Below, in pieces: positions 1 through 14,744 of a DNA stretch of 64,000 bases; the stretch's first letter is position 1, and each line of letters begins with the position of its first letter. The stretch lies in assembly GCA_013265495.1 (NCBI GenBank), contig MU058844.1, positions 10,252,184-10,316,183 of the forward strand, in the 5' to 3' direction. The position numbers and the translations under genes were made by a program. A model generated the notes under the pieces. It had not been told where the DNA came from and did not search any database. It saw nothing but the letters and a program-made list of their open reading frames with translations. The DNA is from Vicugna vicugna (taxonomy: Eukaryota).

Positions 1-616
1 AAGGCAGATTTCTGTTCTTAAGTGACTATAATCCAGTTGTGAGAAAAGGCTGGAACACATGAAACAACAGTAAAGGCAGCATGTCTCACACAGTACTTTG
101 TACAGTTTTATGTAAACATATACACACTAGGTCTTGAATCCTGCTCATTAACAAGAAGTTAGCATTTTATTTTGGTTCATTCTACGTATATTTATTATGT
201 ACTTGCTGTATGCCAGGCACTGTACCTCAAGGAAACAAAAAGAATATACTTTTTCGTTCTGAGCCTTCACCAAAGTGGATGGTTCAATGCTTTATACATG
301 GTAGGCAATCAATAAAAATTACTCATCAGAGAATGATCCTGGAGTTTAATTTCTTCTATCCCTAAGGATTCTAAATTCTAGAAGTAATACTCTTCTCTCA
401 CTAAGTTTCCAGAAAATATTTTGCCTCCAGAGATATAGGTTTAACTTACTACTTTATATATCTTTGTCAGTAAAGAAGATACCAGCTGTGTAATGAGTAG
501 ATATAGTGCATGTTTTAATCTTTGAATAATTGTGGTTTCCAGTTTTTGGCATTCTCATTCAAATACTTAGTACGTATTGGGTTAAGTATGAATATCTAAG
601 CAGTACATAGATTATA

Positions 617-972
617 TTCAGCCCTCTTCCATATTCAGAGATTCAGCCAACCAAGGATTGAGAATATTCCCACTCCCCCCCATTCCAGAAAGTTGCAAAA
701 TGTTGAAGTTGTGGCATACTGGCAACTATTTACATAGCATTTACATTGCACTTAAGACTATTAATGTAGCATTTACATTGTATAGGTATGATAAGTAATC
801 TAGAGATAATTTAAGTTTACATACATAGGTTTACATACATAAGTTTACATACATGTACATAGGTTATGACACGTACTACCCCATTTTATATAAGAGACTT
901 GAGCATCCACAGATTTTGATATTTGTTGGGGGGATCCTGGAACCAGTCCCTCATGGATACCAATTGATGACT
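617..972 (-). mobile_element. MER2-like Tigger (Tc1/mariner) non-autonomous DNA transposon; ends approximate
   Basis: recalled MER2 motifs in reverse orientation: actatttacatagcatttacattg, taagtaatctagagat, gacttgagcatccacagatttt, cctggaaccagtccc; internal 14-bp triplication at 812-853. Confidence 0.7.
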
Positions 973-1599
973 ATTTTCTCCTAGAAACTTTCTTTTTGGG
1001 GAGGGGGTGGTTCAAAAATGGTTTTTTAGTTTTTTTAATAGTCTCTTTGGCTTGTCCAGTTCATTTAATCCACAAATATATATTGGATCTTCTCCTTGTC
1101 AGACATCGTGTCTCTTACAGTTCTCTCTAGGATGCTATATATACGTAAGTCTATATTTTTCTTAATATGAATGAAGAATTTCCCATGCTCTATCTGTTGT
1201 GTATAATCTATGTTTTGAATATATTTTTCTAATCATTTTATCTTTTGAATGTGTGATTTATTATAATACCAGATTTTAATTTTTATGTCTAGATTTCCCG
1301 TCTGCTTATATGATAAGAGAGCAGAAAGGCCAAAAAAAGTCTAAACTTATATGCAATGCTGAACTTGTTACTTGTTTTTGTAATTAAATTTAATAGATGA
1401 TCTAAGATTATACATGCTCATATATTTGCCCATCTCAGTACAAGACTAAGGTATTTATTTATTATTTAGTATAGAAGTACTGACTGGAGTTCATTGTTTT
1501 TCTTGTATAAACATTTATAATTCCTCCTTTGATATGTCCAAATTCAATTTTTGCAAGCTAAATTTTATGATTTAGCATATGGATTATATATTGACATAA

Positions 1600-1830
1600 A
1601 TATAATAGCACCCACTATTTGACACGTACAAGTCTAAGTGCTTTATATATTAATTCATTTAATCCTCATAGTAAATTTTTGAGGTAGGTACTATTATTAT
1701 CCTCATTTTCCAGAGGAAACTGTAGCACAGAGGACATTACATAATTGACCTAATGACAACCAGCCTACTGGCAGAACTGGATTAATCCCAGACAGTCTGG
1801 CTCTAGAGTCTGTACTTTTAACAAAACCAC
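1600..1830 (-). mobile_element. MIR SINE; ends approximate
   Basis: MIR core in reverse: catttaatcctcat, gaggtaggtactattattatcctcatttt, gaggaaactg, cagtctggctctagagtc. Confidence 0.75.
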
Positions 1831-4589
1831 TGTCATGAAAAGGAATATAAAAGTGCTAGAATTTATTTCAAATGCTACTAACTTTGTAATTTTGGTTTTA
1901 CTTAATTGAATTATATAGTTGCTGAACACATTGGTTTTTATCTCTTCTAGGAATGAAATTTAATGATTTTTCAACCTCCACATGCCCCACCCAAAATCTG
2001 TCTTTAAGCCATGGAGTTTATCTTCTTGGAGCCAACTTTGTGCAGCCCCTTTATAATTCAGTTCTTTGTTATTGGGCTTTTCAACTTTTCTCTTAGAAGT
2101 GTGAGGAACAAAGCTTTTCCTTGAGCTAACTTGCTGAGAAAAATAACTAGACCTCCTTTTCAATAAAAAGAGATGTTTTATATACTTGAACTGGTTTGTT
2201 AAATTAGGTAATAATTCAAGTTGACAAAGCTGCCCTTACCTGGAATTAAATGACAGAAGTGTCTTTACACAAGCATTTATTATTGGTAATTACTCAGGAT
2301 ATATATAATCAAGAAAAGCTTGAGATAAACCATATCAGATAAGATTCTGGAAGTATATTTGAATCGTTCTGTTTCTTTCCATATATGGCTTAATAAACTG
2401 ATGATTTAGAACTTAACTTAAGAAACAGGACGATTCAAATATTTAAAGTCAGCAAGTGTTGTATCTCTTAATGTGCTGCATGTGTTAGCTTTTAATTCTC
2501 TTAGCAACAATATTTTTATGGGCATGGCTGTCAGTTTCTTCTGTATGCTTTGTAAATGTCCAGTGAATACTTTGAGCAATTTACACCACAAACTTGAGGT
2601 TCATTTGTAATATATATTTTATGACAATTTTTTAGCATTCAATTTATATTAAAACATTTCAAAACCTTATTATATTTATGAACAAATAAAGGAATGAACA
2701 GATTTAATATTAACTGCTTTAGATATTTTGGTTGATGTTTCTTACATTATACTGACTTAAAACTGAAGATTTAAATCAAAATCAGCAATGCTTCATTTAT
2801 TGGGAAATAACTATTCCTATATGTTAATTTTTTCAAAGAGCCAGAGCAGTCACTTTCTTAAAATGGAGAAACTTTAAAAAATTAACCATTTATTCTGAGA
2901 CTGTTTTATCTTGAATGTCAAAGAATTACCCGTAAGATCACAAATAAGACTCTGTTCTGCATCTTGCCTATCTTTATCCTCCCTGAATGTGACTGCATCT
3001 TCATACACCATGAAGTGCTTGTCACTTGTTCGTATGTTAAGCCCAAGTAGGGTGTAGAGTCCCCTCCAGGAAATACTCCCTGACTACCACCATTCTTCCT
3101 TAGTTCTCTTTTTCTTAGCTTCCACAATGAGCAGTGTAGAGCACTGTAACTCTATTTATCATATTCCTTTTGATATAATTATCTACTTGTGTATTTGTCT
3201 TCTGTACTATATTGTGACCTTCCTCAGAACCCTCTCTTTAGCTGACTGAATAAAATACTATAAATTATAAATGTCTTTTTCTCCAAGAAGAATATACTGA
3301 TCATAATTTAATCTTACCCTTTCTTTTACTGTTTTCATAGAAATCACTTCTCTAGCATTCTCTCTCTCTGATTTCAGGTCCCCTTATTTTAATTATTACC
3401 TTAATGCAGATAATTCCCAAATTGATATTTTCATCCCACATTTGTTTTCAAAGTTCTAGATCAGCATATCCAGTTGGCCACTGGATGATGTGCATGGTTA
3501 GGTTGGTTTCTTCTCCCACCTGCTTTTCGAACCTGTGGTATTTATTTTCATGAACAGCATCTCCCTGTCCCTCACCCTTCATACCCAGTCTTTAGTTAAG
3601 CTTTAGACGCTTTCTCCTAAATTTCTCTTACTATCCATTCTGAGTAACTGCTATTGCTCAGTTCAGGCTCTTTCCTCTTCACTCTGCTTCCAGTAATCTT
3701 TCTGAAATACTGATCTGATCATGTCACCTCTCTGCTTTATAAACTCTGAAGAGCTTTTTCAAACATCATCTTCTTGAAATTCTACATTGTTTTTTCCTAC
3801 TCCCTCCTATTGCTGAATTGAGCCACTATTACTGATGGGAGTGTAGCAGGTTTCCTTAATGAGTAGGAGTAGAAAGTAGGTTGAAAACCGCCTATAATAT
3901 CAAATCCAGTCCTCTATGCATTATGTTCAGATCTTTTACCTGCAGTATATTCAGACTTTTTACCACCCAGCCTTATTCTGTTCTATAACTTACAGGTACT
4001 GTATACCAATGGATGACTTACTGTTTGGTTACTCCATACATTTAAAAAATCGTAGTGCATTTGCTCAAACTAGAAGTTCCTTCTAGTTGAATTGCTAATT
4101 GAACAACTCCTATGTAATCTTCAAAACCTTGCTCAAATGTATATTCCTTAATGAGACCTAAATGAACTGTCTTAATCACAAGATCTCTTTATGTTCCCAG
4201 AAATATTTTAGTACTTTCCACCCACTGCTATTATGCCCTTATATAATCATTGTTGTTTTATGGATTAGTCTCTTATATTAACATGATCTTTCCCCTTTCC
4301 TGTGTTCCTAGGGCCTTGGCATATATAAATACGAAGCGTAGCTAAAGGAATTAAGGATATTTAGCCTATAAAAGAATATGTGAGACTCCTTGGGAGAAAA
4401 AAAGAAAAAAATCCTCATAATACTGAAAGATTACCAGTTGAAAGAGAGATTCCACTTGGTATGTGGAGCTTCAGGAGGCAGGAGGTAGTAATTACAGGAA
4501 GACATTTTAGCATATACAGTTTAGAGAAAAATAAAGTGTTTTATACTGGAGGTAATATGTACTAGGCTTTCAATACATGGTAGCCTGTT

Positions 4590-5060
4590 ATTTTTCCTTT
4601 TTAAATTGAGGTATAATTTACATACAATAAAGTACACAGCATACAATTCAGTGAATTTTTACATATACATATGCCTATTTAAAAATCAGAAAGCTAGAGA
4701 ACATTTCCAGTCTTTCAGAAAGCTCCCTCATGCTCCTCCCATCATTTCCCTACAAATTTAACTATGATTCTGAGCTTTATAACCAAAGGTTAGTTTTACC
4801 TGGAAATTTACAGTTTGTATCCTTTGTGTCTGTCTTTTTTCACTCACTTATATGTCTGGGAAGATTATCCTGTTGTTTAAGGTAGCAGTAGTTCGGTTTT
4901 TTTTGTTTGTTTGTGCTTTTTTCATTGATATACAGGATTCTGTTACATGAATAGATTCTCCCCACATACACATACATTCCACCCCATTTATTTATCAATA
5001 CTGCATATAACTTTAGTAGATACTGTCAAATGGTTTTCTGAAGAAGTTATATGAATTTTA
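4590..5060 (-). mobile_element. Old L1 (L1M-type) 3' end fragment; ends approximate
   Basis: tttaaattgaggtataatttacatacaataaagtacaca is a typical antisense L1M 3' terminus. Confidence 0.6.
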
Positions 5061-6634
5061 CACTTTTGTTGCAAGCGATTTTGTTTCTCCATATTGTAAT
5101 ACAACAGATTTAATATTTTTCATTTAAGTCTTATGTTTTCTTTTTATGTAAACACTGCCTATTCATTGTAAACATTTTGAAAATAAAGGAAATTTTAAAG
5201 AATAAAAATGATTCATAGCCTTATAACCAATGACAATAACTATTAACCTTTAGTAGATATCCTTCTGGTCTTTTTGTGTACATCTTTTTTAGTAAAACTG
5301 AAATCATATTAGGCAAACTGCTTTGCATCCTTTTTCAAAAACTTACTATGTTATGAGCATTTCCCGTATCCCTGTATAATCATTTCTTATTTGACATTTT
5401 TCTCCATTTTTAAAAAATAATGATCATATTAGTATTAAAACATTTATCAGAGTCTTATATTTTTATATTGATGATAAAGTTTGGAATACTGTTTTGGTGC
5501 CTATAGGAATTAAAAGAGATTGAGAATGAAGGAGAATAGAATTTAAACAATATCTTTTCTCAAGGAAAATTAATGATTAAACTTCTAAATAGGTCTAATA
5601 TTATTTCGAGTCACTGTGTGTCATTAGCTATCTCAAATAACATTTTATAAATCACTTCCTAATCAGTAGAATTTTGTTGTTTCTTCTCATGTTATTAGAT
5701 TGCTATGGTTCGTCAATCTCTTTTACCCTTTCTTTAACCACTGCTTCTTGAAAAACAGTTCTTTTCCCAAGTAGTATATACTTAAAGTTTATATGAATGT
5801 GACTTACATGTTCGTTTACCTTCTGCTGTGTGTAAAGTACTGTTCTGGACACTTTGGAATCTTGCCATCAGATTGCTTATAGCTTGTTCCAAAGGGAAGA
5901 ATCATGGATATATAAAAATGTTAAACATTTTAGGGAATTTTAGAGGTACATGACCCACCACTTGAAAGATAAAGACACCAAAGCCCAAAAAGGTTAAGTT
6001 ACTTGTCCACAGCTACAGCATTTGTATCAGAGCCAGCAAAGAACCTGCAGCCAAAGCAGTGATTCCTTGTGAGTGTTCTTCCACCTTAGATATGAAGTAC
6101 TTTGTCCTTAGTGCTTTTCTTGACACCAACTTTTGTCATTTTTCCCCCTGGGAAAATGCTACCAAAAGCATTTCCATTTGCTTCTGTGATAGGTAAAGGA
6201 AAATTTGTTTTATTTATACAACAAACAGTTACTAAGTACCTAGAATGTATGCTACCCTATTGCAGAGACTGCAAATAGATGACAAAGAGTTGATGAAATA
6301 GGAACATCTGTGGAAATGGTATTAAGTGTGGAAAGAACTTATTTTTGGAATCTGAACATCTGTGATAGAATCTTAGCTCTCATTTCCTGTCTCTGACTTA
6401 TACAAGCTAATTATTAATCTCTGAATCTTAGCTTTCTTGTTCACTTATTCATTTATTGAAATTCTACCACATTTAAAGGCCTGTATAGGGTGCTGGGGAG
6501 ACAGGAAAATTCCCATCCTTATGAGGGAATTTGTGAGGATAACATATACAAATCAGTAAAATTGATAAAGCACCAATCATACTACCTGGCACAAAGTAAG
6601 CATTCAAAAAGTTCTCTTCTTATTTACTATAGGC

Positions 6635-7445
6635 TGTAATTCTCAAATTTGTTCACCTCAGGACCCCTTTATACTCTTAAAACTTAAAAAGGATCTCAAA
6701 GAGCTTTTGTTTCTGTGGGTTGTACATGTTAATATTTATAATAGCAGAGGTTAAAACAGAGCATCTTACATATTTATTAATTCATTTTTAAATTAAAGCA
6801 ATACTTTACCCATGTTAAATAAGTAACATTTCTTAATTAAATAATTCATTTACTCTTGAAAGCTTGAGTTTATCATTAGCAGCAGATGCTGTTAGCTCTT
6901 TTGACAGACTGACTTTTGTTCATTTTCAAGAAAATTTCTTTCAGAATCCAAGTTAGACTAACTATAGTTTGTCATTTAAGTAAAAATGATATTGCATGGG
7001 AAAAGTGACGAGGTCAGCCTGCAAATAAATCACACAGATGCTTTTCTTCAGGGCAGTCATTATACTCGGAAGAAATGCTTTATGTATACTTCTTATCTTG
7101 TTCCACAGAATATTTAAAAGATGTATATTCAAGAGTCAAAATTTAATAAAATTTATAGTTACGGACATTCATAAGTAAAAGTAGCTTTTAAAAATGCAAA
7201 TGCGTAGTGATGAATACAGTGACAGTTAGTGGGGGGGGTTATTTGTTTGTTTTTGCCACTGCCTTGATTTGTGCTAAGGCACAAGCAGATTTACTACTAA
7301 TACTTTTGTACCCTCAAGTGCACATGTCAACACAGTGAAAAGGGGAAGTATCATCTTAGTATTATTTTAAAATAGTTTTGACCTTGTCAGTTCCCTGAAA
7401 GGGTTCCTTCTCCCTGGACATAACCACATTTTGGGAACCACTGCT
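6635..7445 (-). mobile_element. Charlie1-like hAT DNA transposon remnant; ends approximate
   Basis: ends resemble recalled Charlie1a termini: ttctcaaa..ctcaggacccctttatactcttaaaa and gtcaacacagtgaaaa..aatagttttgacct..accacattttgggaaccactg. Confidence 0.7.
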
Positions 7446-7757
7446 ACAGAGGTTATTATTAGGTCTTAATTATGTTTTGATTCTTTTCATGTTAGTACAT
7501 ACTTGTTTTTCTCATGGGGTTGGCATAAAAATTCTGGTCACATACAGTATTATTATATGTGTATCTAAAGCAAGGTCTCTTGCAATTTAATTGGTACCAC
7601 TGGCCTGTTTGATAGTAGTACAATCAGAATAGCTGCAGACTACCTTATAGAGAATGTTTGTTATAAAAGCTGCAAAATAGGGGTTTTATTCTATTGCTGT
7701 ATTATTGGGAGTGTTGATTCGTATTTTTTCTAATTATGCTTTCTGTTTTGTTTTTAG

Positions 7758-7889
<132 letters not shown>

Positions 7890-8919
7890 TAAGCTAGTTC
7901 TATGTTTATTTTTATCCAAATACTATTTTAGAGATGTGAGATTTTATAGAGACTGTTATAGATAAATGAATGAATTCTCATATTACCTTAATTCATGAAA
8001 ATTATTCTTCCCAGGAACCACACTTTCTCCATCCCCATCTCCTTTTCTTTTGAGTACATGTAAAGCATTGTCAAATAATTCAAGGTTAATATTTAGCAGT
8101 CTAGTCTATCTCTATGTAGTCATGAATTGTTGGGAAAAATTAACAACAATTCTGAATTAGATTACTAAAGAGGGAATATGATACCTAATTCTCCAAGTAT
8201 TCAATATATTTATGCTTGCTTAGTTTTTGTTAAGATTGCTTTCTAAAAATATATTTTTAAGAAAAATATAGTGAGAAATAGTTATTGTATTCTTAACTAT
8301 CTTTAATAGATGGTTATTTTCCGAGAAAATCTGATTCTTCAAACATTTAACAAGGAAGTATATGTATCCTGACAATTCATTAAATTATTTTATTTTTCTT
8401 GTTATTATGCATCCAACACCATAAACATTTTTATTGTTTATTTGCTGAAATCAAAGCTTATACACTAATAAGTATTGAATATGGTAGTCCTACTCTGTGC
8501 ATCTCTCTTAGTAAGTCTTCATAGTTTTATTTCTTTGTACATGTCACCATCCCCATCCCCACCCCCATGTGTATTAAAGATACAACACACCAATTTAAAG
8601 CAGAGGTAGTGTTTGGTGAGATGAAAAGTGCCCTGGGAATCAGCAGGTCTGAGTCACTTGGGTTTTATTACTGACTGTAACACTAACTGCACTACGTCAT
8701 TTGTAATTTGTTTCCTCTTTCTGGGCTTTGATTTCTTTATGTGTAAAAATAAAGTCTTTTTGCTATTGCAAAACAATAGTAGTTGTTCATAATTTTTAAT
8801 CATGATTATCATGTTCTTTAATCCTTTCTGTTCTCTTCATGCTCAACAAAGGACTTGGATCTTTTCTTCATAGAAAAAAGTAGCTAATGTGCATTTATCT
8901 TCAGCTGTCCGTAAATGTT

Positions 8920-9145
8920 TGGCACTTAGGCTCTGGAGTCAACTAATGTAGATAATGAAGGCTCCCTCAGCCACTCTCAAGGGGTATGACCTTGGGCAAG
9001 TTGCTTAACTTTTACAATCTTCCATTTTCTCTTCTATAGAATGGGAATAATATTTCCTAGATTTGTTGTGAGGGTTAACTGAGGTAACCCACCAAGCATA
9101 GTAACTGGCACATAGGAAATACTCAGTATATATTAACTTTTGACC
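8920..9145 (+). mobile_element. MIR SINE; ends approximate
   Basis: ggctctggagtca, tgaccttgggcaagttgcttaac, gttgtgagggttaa, ctggcacatag. Confidence 0.75.
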
Positions 9146-10023
9146 ATTACTTTGTTGATCTTTTCTGGGAAAATGAAAACCTAACTTCTTTCTTCAGATT
9201 TAGTTTAGTCCTTCCGTTTGCTATTTTTAATTCATACTTCTGAGTTTGAAAAGACAGTTATAATTGTCCTGAATAATTTCCTCTTGTAGACTTGATTCAT
9301 AACCCATTGTATCAGTTGGGATGATTTTAACTTCCAGTAACAGCATCAAACTTAAAATGACCCAAAGAGTTAGAGCACTTGTGTACAACAATACATAGTT
9401 CATTGGAAGGACATTCAGGTTTATTAAGCTGCTCGGTGATGTAATCAAGGGCTTGGGGGTCTTTCGGTTTGTTTTTTCTTTTTCTGCCTTTCCCAAAATA
9501 CGGACTTTATTCTTAGCCTTGTCCCCTCCCAGTCACAAGAAGGTTGCCACAACTTCCTAATTGTGTTTTTACATATGCACATCCAAGAGTAAAATAAAGT
9601 AAGTGGGGAGTGGGAAGTATCTTCTCCACATTCTGTGTATGTCACAGCGGGGAACCTTTCCTAGGGAGCCCTCTGGCTGGACTGCAGCAGGTGTCCCCTT
9701 CAGGGACTTAACTTTGGCCTGGGCTTGGTCATTGGCCCATGTCCATGCTGAGAGTAACAAGTATCTGACATGGCATATTCATTTTTTTTTTAATGCCAAG
9801 AAATAAGTGTAAGGAGGGGTAGGCAGTCTGCTGCAGGTGTTAATATTTTCAATAAAGTAATTACAACTTTTCTTTACTTTTAGAAGGTTGGATATGGAAT
9901 ATGTGTTTCATAAGACTTGTACAAACAAAAGTGACCTGTTTTGACCAAGGCTGACTAGAGTTTTGCTGATCTCACTACCTTTGTATAGACAGTTAAATTC
10001 ATGGCTGTGGTGTAACTGAAGTA

Positions 10024-10271
10024 CAGTTGACCCTTGAACAATACAGGTTTGAACTGCGTGGTCCACATACACATGGAGTTTTTCAGTAGTAAATACTGCA
10101 GTGTACATGATCTGCAGTTGGTTGCATCTGTGGATATGGAATCCAGAATACCAAGGAACCATGGATACAGAGGTCCCGCGTGTGTGGAGGGCTGGCTCTA
10201 AGTTATGTGTGGATTTTCACCTACGGGGAAAGTCAACACCCCTCACCTTGACGTTGTTCAAGGGTCAGCTG
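10024..10271. mobile_element. Tigger2-family MITE (Tigger2a/MER8-like), full length
   Basis: 18-bp terminal inverted repeats cagttgacccttgaacaa and ttgttcaagggtcagctg (17/18 complementary), TA on both sides. Confidence 0.85.
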
Positions 10272-11622
10272 TATTTAAATTCATAGTTTTTTTAAACAAA
10301 ATGAAATTTAGAATATGGTAACTTTTCCTTTTTTGCTCTTTCTGCCTTCTAAGATTCTTTTTAGAATAATGACATTGTTTTCATAGAAGATATTTCAGCT
10401 GTAGTATATACTGGGCTATTTGTTAAGGTGATGATAATCGCAAACTCTTCTAAATCCATGATTATTTTTATCAGCTTATCTCTTTCAGCAATTGATTTCA
10501 CTAATGAGTGAGAGAAGTTAAATGAAATATGAAACCCTTGTTTTCCTGGGTCTAGAAAAATACAGCATGGTGGCCTACAAAGTAGGGTGAAGCTGTCTCC
10601 CAGATCAGAAAGTTCATAGGGTAAAAGAAGGCCCTGTTAATAATGATACAGAGACGACAGTTGTAAGTCATCAAAGACCTAGGGAAGTTGGGTCACTTTG
10701 CTAAATGATGTATTTGGAGTTAAATTTGTTGCAGATCCTGCTGTTCACTAGCTCTGTGTCCTTGGCTAAGCTACTTAGCCTCCATGCTTCATATTATTTA
10801 TAAAATAGGAATGATCTGGCTTCTTCCTAACTCGAATTTCTCATATTGCTTTCCACATTTTCACTCTGTCAATACTGGACTCCTTTTAGTTCACCAGCAT
10901 TCCCTGCTGGTTTGTGTCAGCGTGTCTTTGCTTATAGTGGTTCATTTGCCTCATGTCTGTACTTGGCCAGCTCTTACCAGACGGCAGCAGATACAAGCTA
11001 CAGTTTGTATTAGGATTACTTCTTCCAGAAGCCTTTCTAATGTTTCTGGATGATTCACCATCATTTGTAACATATCAGTTGTTTACATATGTCTTTAACA
11101 ACTGTATTTTGCACAGAATAGTACTAATTCAGACCTATTAAAATGAGAGGTGAAACAAACAGTGAAGCACAGATAGTTTACTCTGAGGATTTCAGGATGA
11201 TGAGGATACAGTGAGTTCTAAATTTCTGACTTTCATTGGAGACAGTAGAACAAAGAATGTGAGGTTGCCGTTTAGTGTTTATACATTTAACAGTTTCTCC
11301 TCTGGTCTGTAGCCTAGTAAAAGCCAACTGAATGAATGGTAGCTCTTCATATTCTGGCTCAATTATCTCAGCTTTTCATTAAAATAATTACTTTTAACAT
11401 CTCCCTGCTTGAATAAGGTAGAAAACTTAGGGAAAACTAAAATAGAGATTGTTTAATAATGCTCCTTCTCCAGAGTGGATTAGACAAAGAATAAATGAAG
11501 TGAGTTTAGGGAGTATAATGTTACTGCACAGCCTGTGCATTGTTTTACTAAATACTGATGGGTTAGATACTGAAATGTATTCGTTAACATCATTCTGTTC
11601 CTTTGGTGTATTGAATTGGCTA

Positions 11623-12015
11623 TATTATGCACTGCATTGTGTCCCCACAAAATTCGTAAGTTGAAGGCCTAACCCTAAGAACCTTGGAACGTGACTGTTT
11701 AGATGGAACCTTTAAAGAGATGATTAAGCTAAAATAAGGCCCTTCTGGTGGGCCCTGATCCAGTCTTAAAAATAGGAAATTCGGACACAAAAAGAAACAC
11801 CAAAGGGCTTGTACACAAAGAAAAACAACAATGTGAGAACACTGCTAGAGGACGGCCATCTGTAAGCCAAGGACAGAGTCCTCAGAAGAAACCAAACCTG
11901 CCAACACCTTGGTCTCTGCCTTCCAGCCTCTAGAACTATGAGAAAATAAATTTATATTGTTTAAGTCCACTTTGTCTATGGTGTTTTGTTATGGTAATAC
12001 TAGCAAACTGATACA
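11623..12015 (+). mobile_element. MaLR solo LTR (MLT1-type)
   Basis: tgtgtcccc..aaattcgtaagttgaag start; aaccaaacctgccaacaccttgg, ccagcctctagaactatgagaaaataaattt, agcaaactgataca end. Confidence 0.8.
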
Positions 12016-14169
12016 GACAGTATAAAATTCTCACTGTCAAATCAAAGTGTTCTTCCTTAAAAGTCATAGTTTGATGTCATTGGGCTGTGGATTAGAAGTA
12101 AAACTGAATGATATGACTTTTAGACATACTGGAATAATTATGGAGCCCAAGAAATTATATATTCAAATTTATTGTTTCAATCTATAACAGTTGATTAATT
12201 ATAGCTCTCTAATCATAAACTAAAGCTAAATTACATATTTAAATTATTATGTGCAAAGCGTTGAAAACCAAGTCCTCTGACTGAAGTAATAATTAGATGG
12301 AAACATAGGAGTTTTATAATGGCAGCATTTAAATTTTGTCATAATTTCTCATTTCATTCTTTTGTAAAGGAAACATTCTCATATCTACTCTTTGATTACC
12401 CCTAGTACAAGTTTTGTAGGAAAAACAGGATATATTCTTTATTCTTTACTTTTACATACTGATTGTTAAAATAATGAGTTGATTTACTAGTTACTTTCAA
12501 AAAGGACTAATTGGGTTTTTTGAGATCTAAGGAACTTTAGGAACACATGCATTTAAACACGCATGATGTATTTCAGTCCATTATGGTTATTATCCTTATT
12601 AATTAGCAAATTGTACCAGCTTGAGGTCAGCAAGAGTCTCTTCATGTTGGCTTTTTGTGACCTTGGGACATGATCAAATAAAGTGATCTTTAAAAACTTC
12701 CTTGCTCTTTAGTATTATAAAATATTTCAGACTCATCTTCTGTATCTCCTGCCCTAGGTCTGGAATTGCCATTGCTCTGAGGAGCCCTGTTCCTTGTAAT
12801 AGTTGCTTGAAGTGCTCTTTGCTGCTGAGTTGATCGTTCTTTCAAATTCAGATTCAGCACTACATGTTTTAGGCTTTAACCTCTTCTATCTTGTATCAAT
12901 ATTTCCTTTCTCCCTTATTTCATTGCCAGGAACTATAGGATTAAAATAACATGTAATTACTAGTTTGCTTTATCATATATTACACTGCTTATGACACCAC
13001 CACCAACAGTAATGATTACTGAAAGCAATTTAAAGTTTTGAGGGTTCTTTACGTGTGTTTGTTTTTTGGCAGGGATGAAGGGGGACATTTCTTTTTGTCC
13101 TTATGGTATCCCACTTGGAATATACCATCGCATTACTGTCTGTGTTGAAGGCACTTGAAATAGTTCTTCTCTGTATGATTATGCCACTAACTAGATATAC
13201 CATTAAGTTGATTATTTAATTTTATTTCTTTTTTAGAGTTTGCTTTTTGTTTAATTTTGTTTTATAGTTTACATAAAATACTAGCTTCTATCGGCAGTCC
13301 CTACTCTACCACCCTATTTCCTATAGGCACTATTTTTAAATTTTATATTTTATCCTAGTTTATGTTTTAATATAAGTATTATTCTCCTTTTGTACATTAA
13401 AAAAAATAATATCCTACACATGTTTCTCCAGTTTTCTTCTTTCACTTCAGTCTATCGTTGAGATCACTGTATAGTGGAATATAGAGATACTTCTCGTTGT
13501 TCTCTTTAGATTTGGTATTTCGTACTGAACTGTGCAGTACATCATCGTACGTCATTTATGCAGCTTGTCCCTCTTGATTGATCAATGAATGTTATTTATT
13601 TGAATGACTATAATTTTAGCCTTCGCATTGTCTTTTTTATTCTTGGCAAATCATATGAATTTTTGTTTATATGGAAAATTTTTGTGTGAATAATGAAATA
13701 GCTGATTTATTAACATTTTGGTTATTGATGTGATTATAATCTTTTTTGTGTTTTAATTTCATCACTACATTTATTTTTTAAGTTTCTACCATGGATAGTT
13801 AAGGAACGCTTTTATCTTGAGCAGTTTTAGTGTTTGCATTAAAATCTTTCATTAATAGAGAAAATTAACCCTGTATTATGTAATTTCATAATACACAGAA
13901 TGGAATATTGATTAATTAGGACATTTAATATGTTTTTCTTTGGAATATATTTGGAGTAGTTTGAAGATGTTACTGTTGAAGATTTCATATCATTATAAAA
14001 TACTGGCAGTGGCATTTTCATGGTCTTACTTACAGCATGGGAAAAGTTTCATTAGCTTTGTCATTTGATCGTTAAAGAATCAGCTGTTTAGGGTTATGAT
14101 AACTGTTAAATATTTGTGGTGGCTTATTTATGGCATGGCTTTTCTTTTTTGTTATAACCTTTATTCCAT

Positions 14170-14630
14170 AAACATCCGACAGAATCCTCAAAATTTCTCT
14201 TGGCTTACCCTTCAAAATATATCCAGTACCTAACTATTTCATCGCCTCTTTCATTTCTCCCTGATCCTAAACACTGTTGTTTTTCACTGAAGTTATTGCA
14301 GTTGGAATCATTCTAACCATAACCATCCTCTTCCCCCTATCTATTTTCTGCACAGCAGCCAGAATGATCCTTTTAAAATATTGCAAGTGGGATAACATCA
14401 CATTTTTATTCATAGTCCTTCAACCCCCAGTGGATTCATAAACATTTAGAAACCAAAGTTCTAGTGGCCTGCAAGTCTATGGTTTGACCCTCTCTTACCT
14501 CTCTGATGTCATTTTCTCCACTCTTCTCCAGGCTCTCTCTTTTTTAGCCACACTGGTCCCCTTGCTGAGCCTTTTATATAAACTAGGCATCTTGCTTCAT
14601 GGTCTGCACCTGCTGATTCCTCTGTTTGGA
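14170..14630 (+). mobile_element. L2 LINE fragment; ends approximate
   Basis: L2-like motifs cttcaaaatatatccag, cacagcagccagaatgatccttttaaaa, agccacactgg. Confidence 0.6.
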
Positions 14631-14744
14631 ATTCAGTAATGTTGTTATTTTTGGTAAAAGAATCAGAAATCCTTGCCAATTTAAGAGCTATATAAACTGC
14701 ACCACTACGCCTATGAGAAATGTTATAATATTCCTGAGCTCGAG

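Noticed and set aside
812..853. 14-bp triple repeat, and a 17-bp duplication at about 49647-49685, as array-like systems
   Set aside because: Simple slippage duplications inside old transposons; no spacer structure
1960..2163. 67-aa basic minus-strand ORF
   Set aside because: Short, not recognisable, with no poly-A, TSD or exon context; consistent with chance
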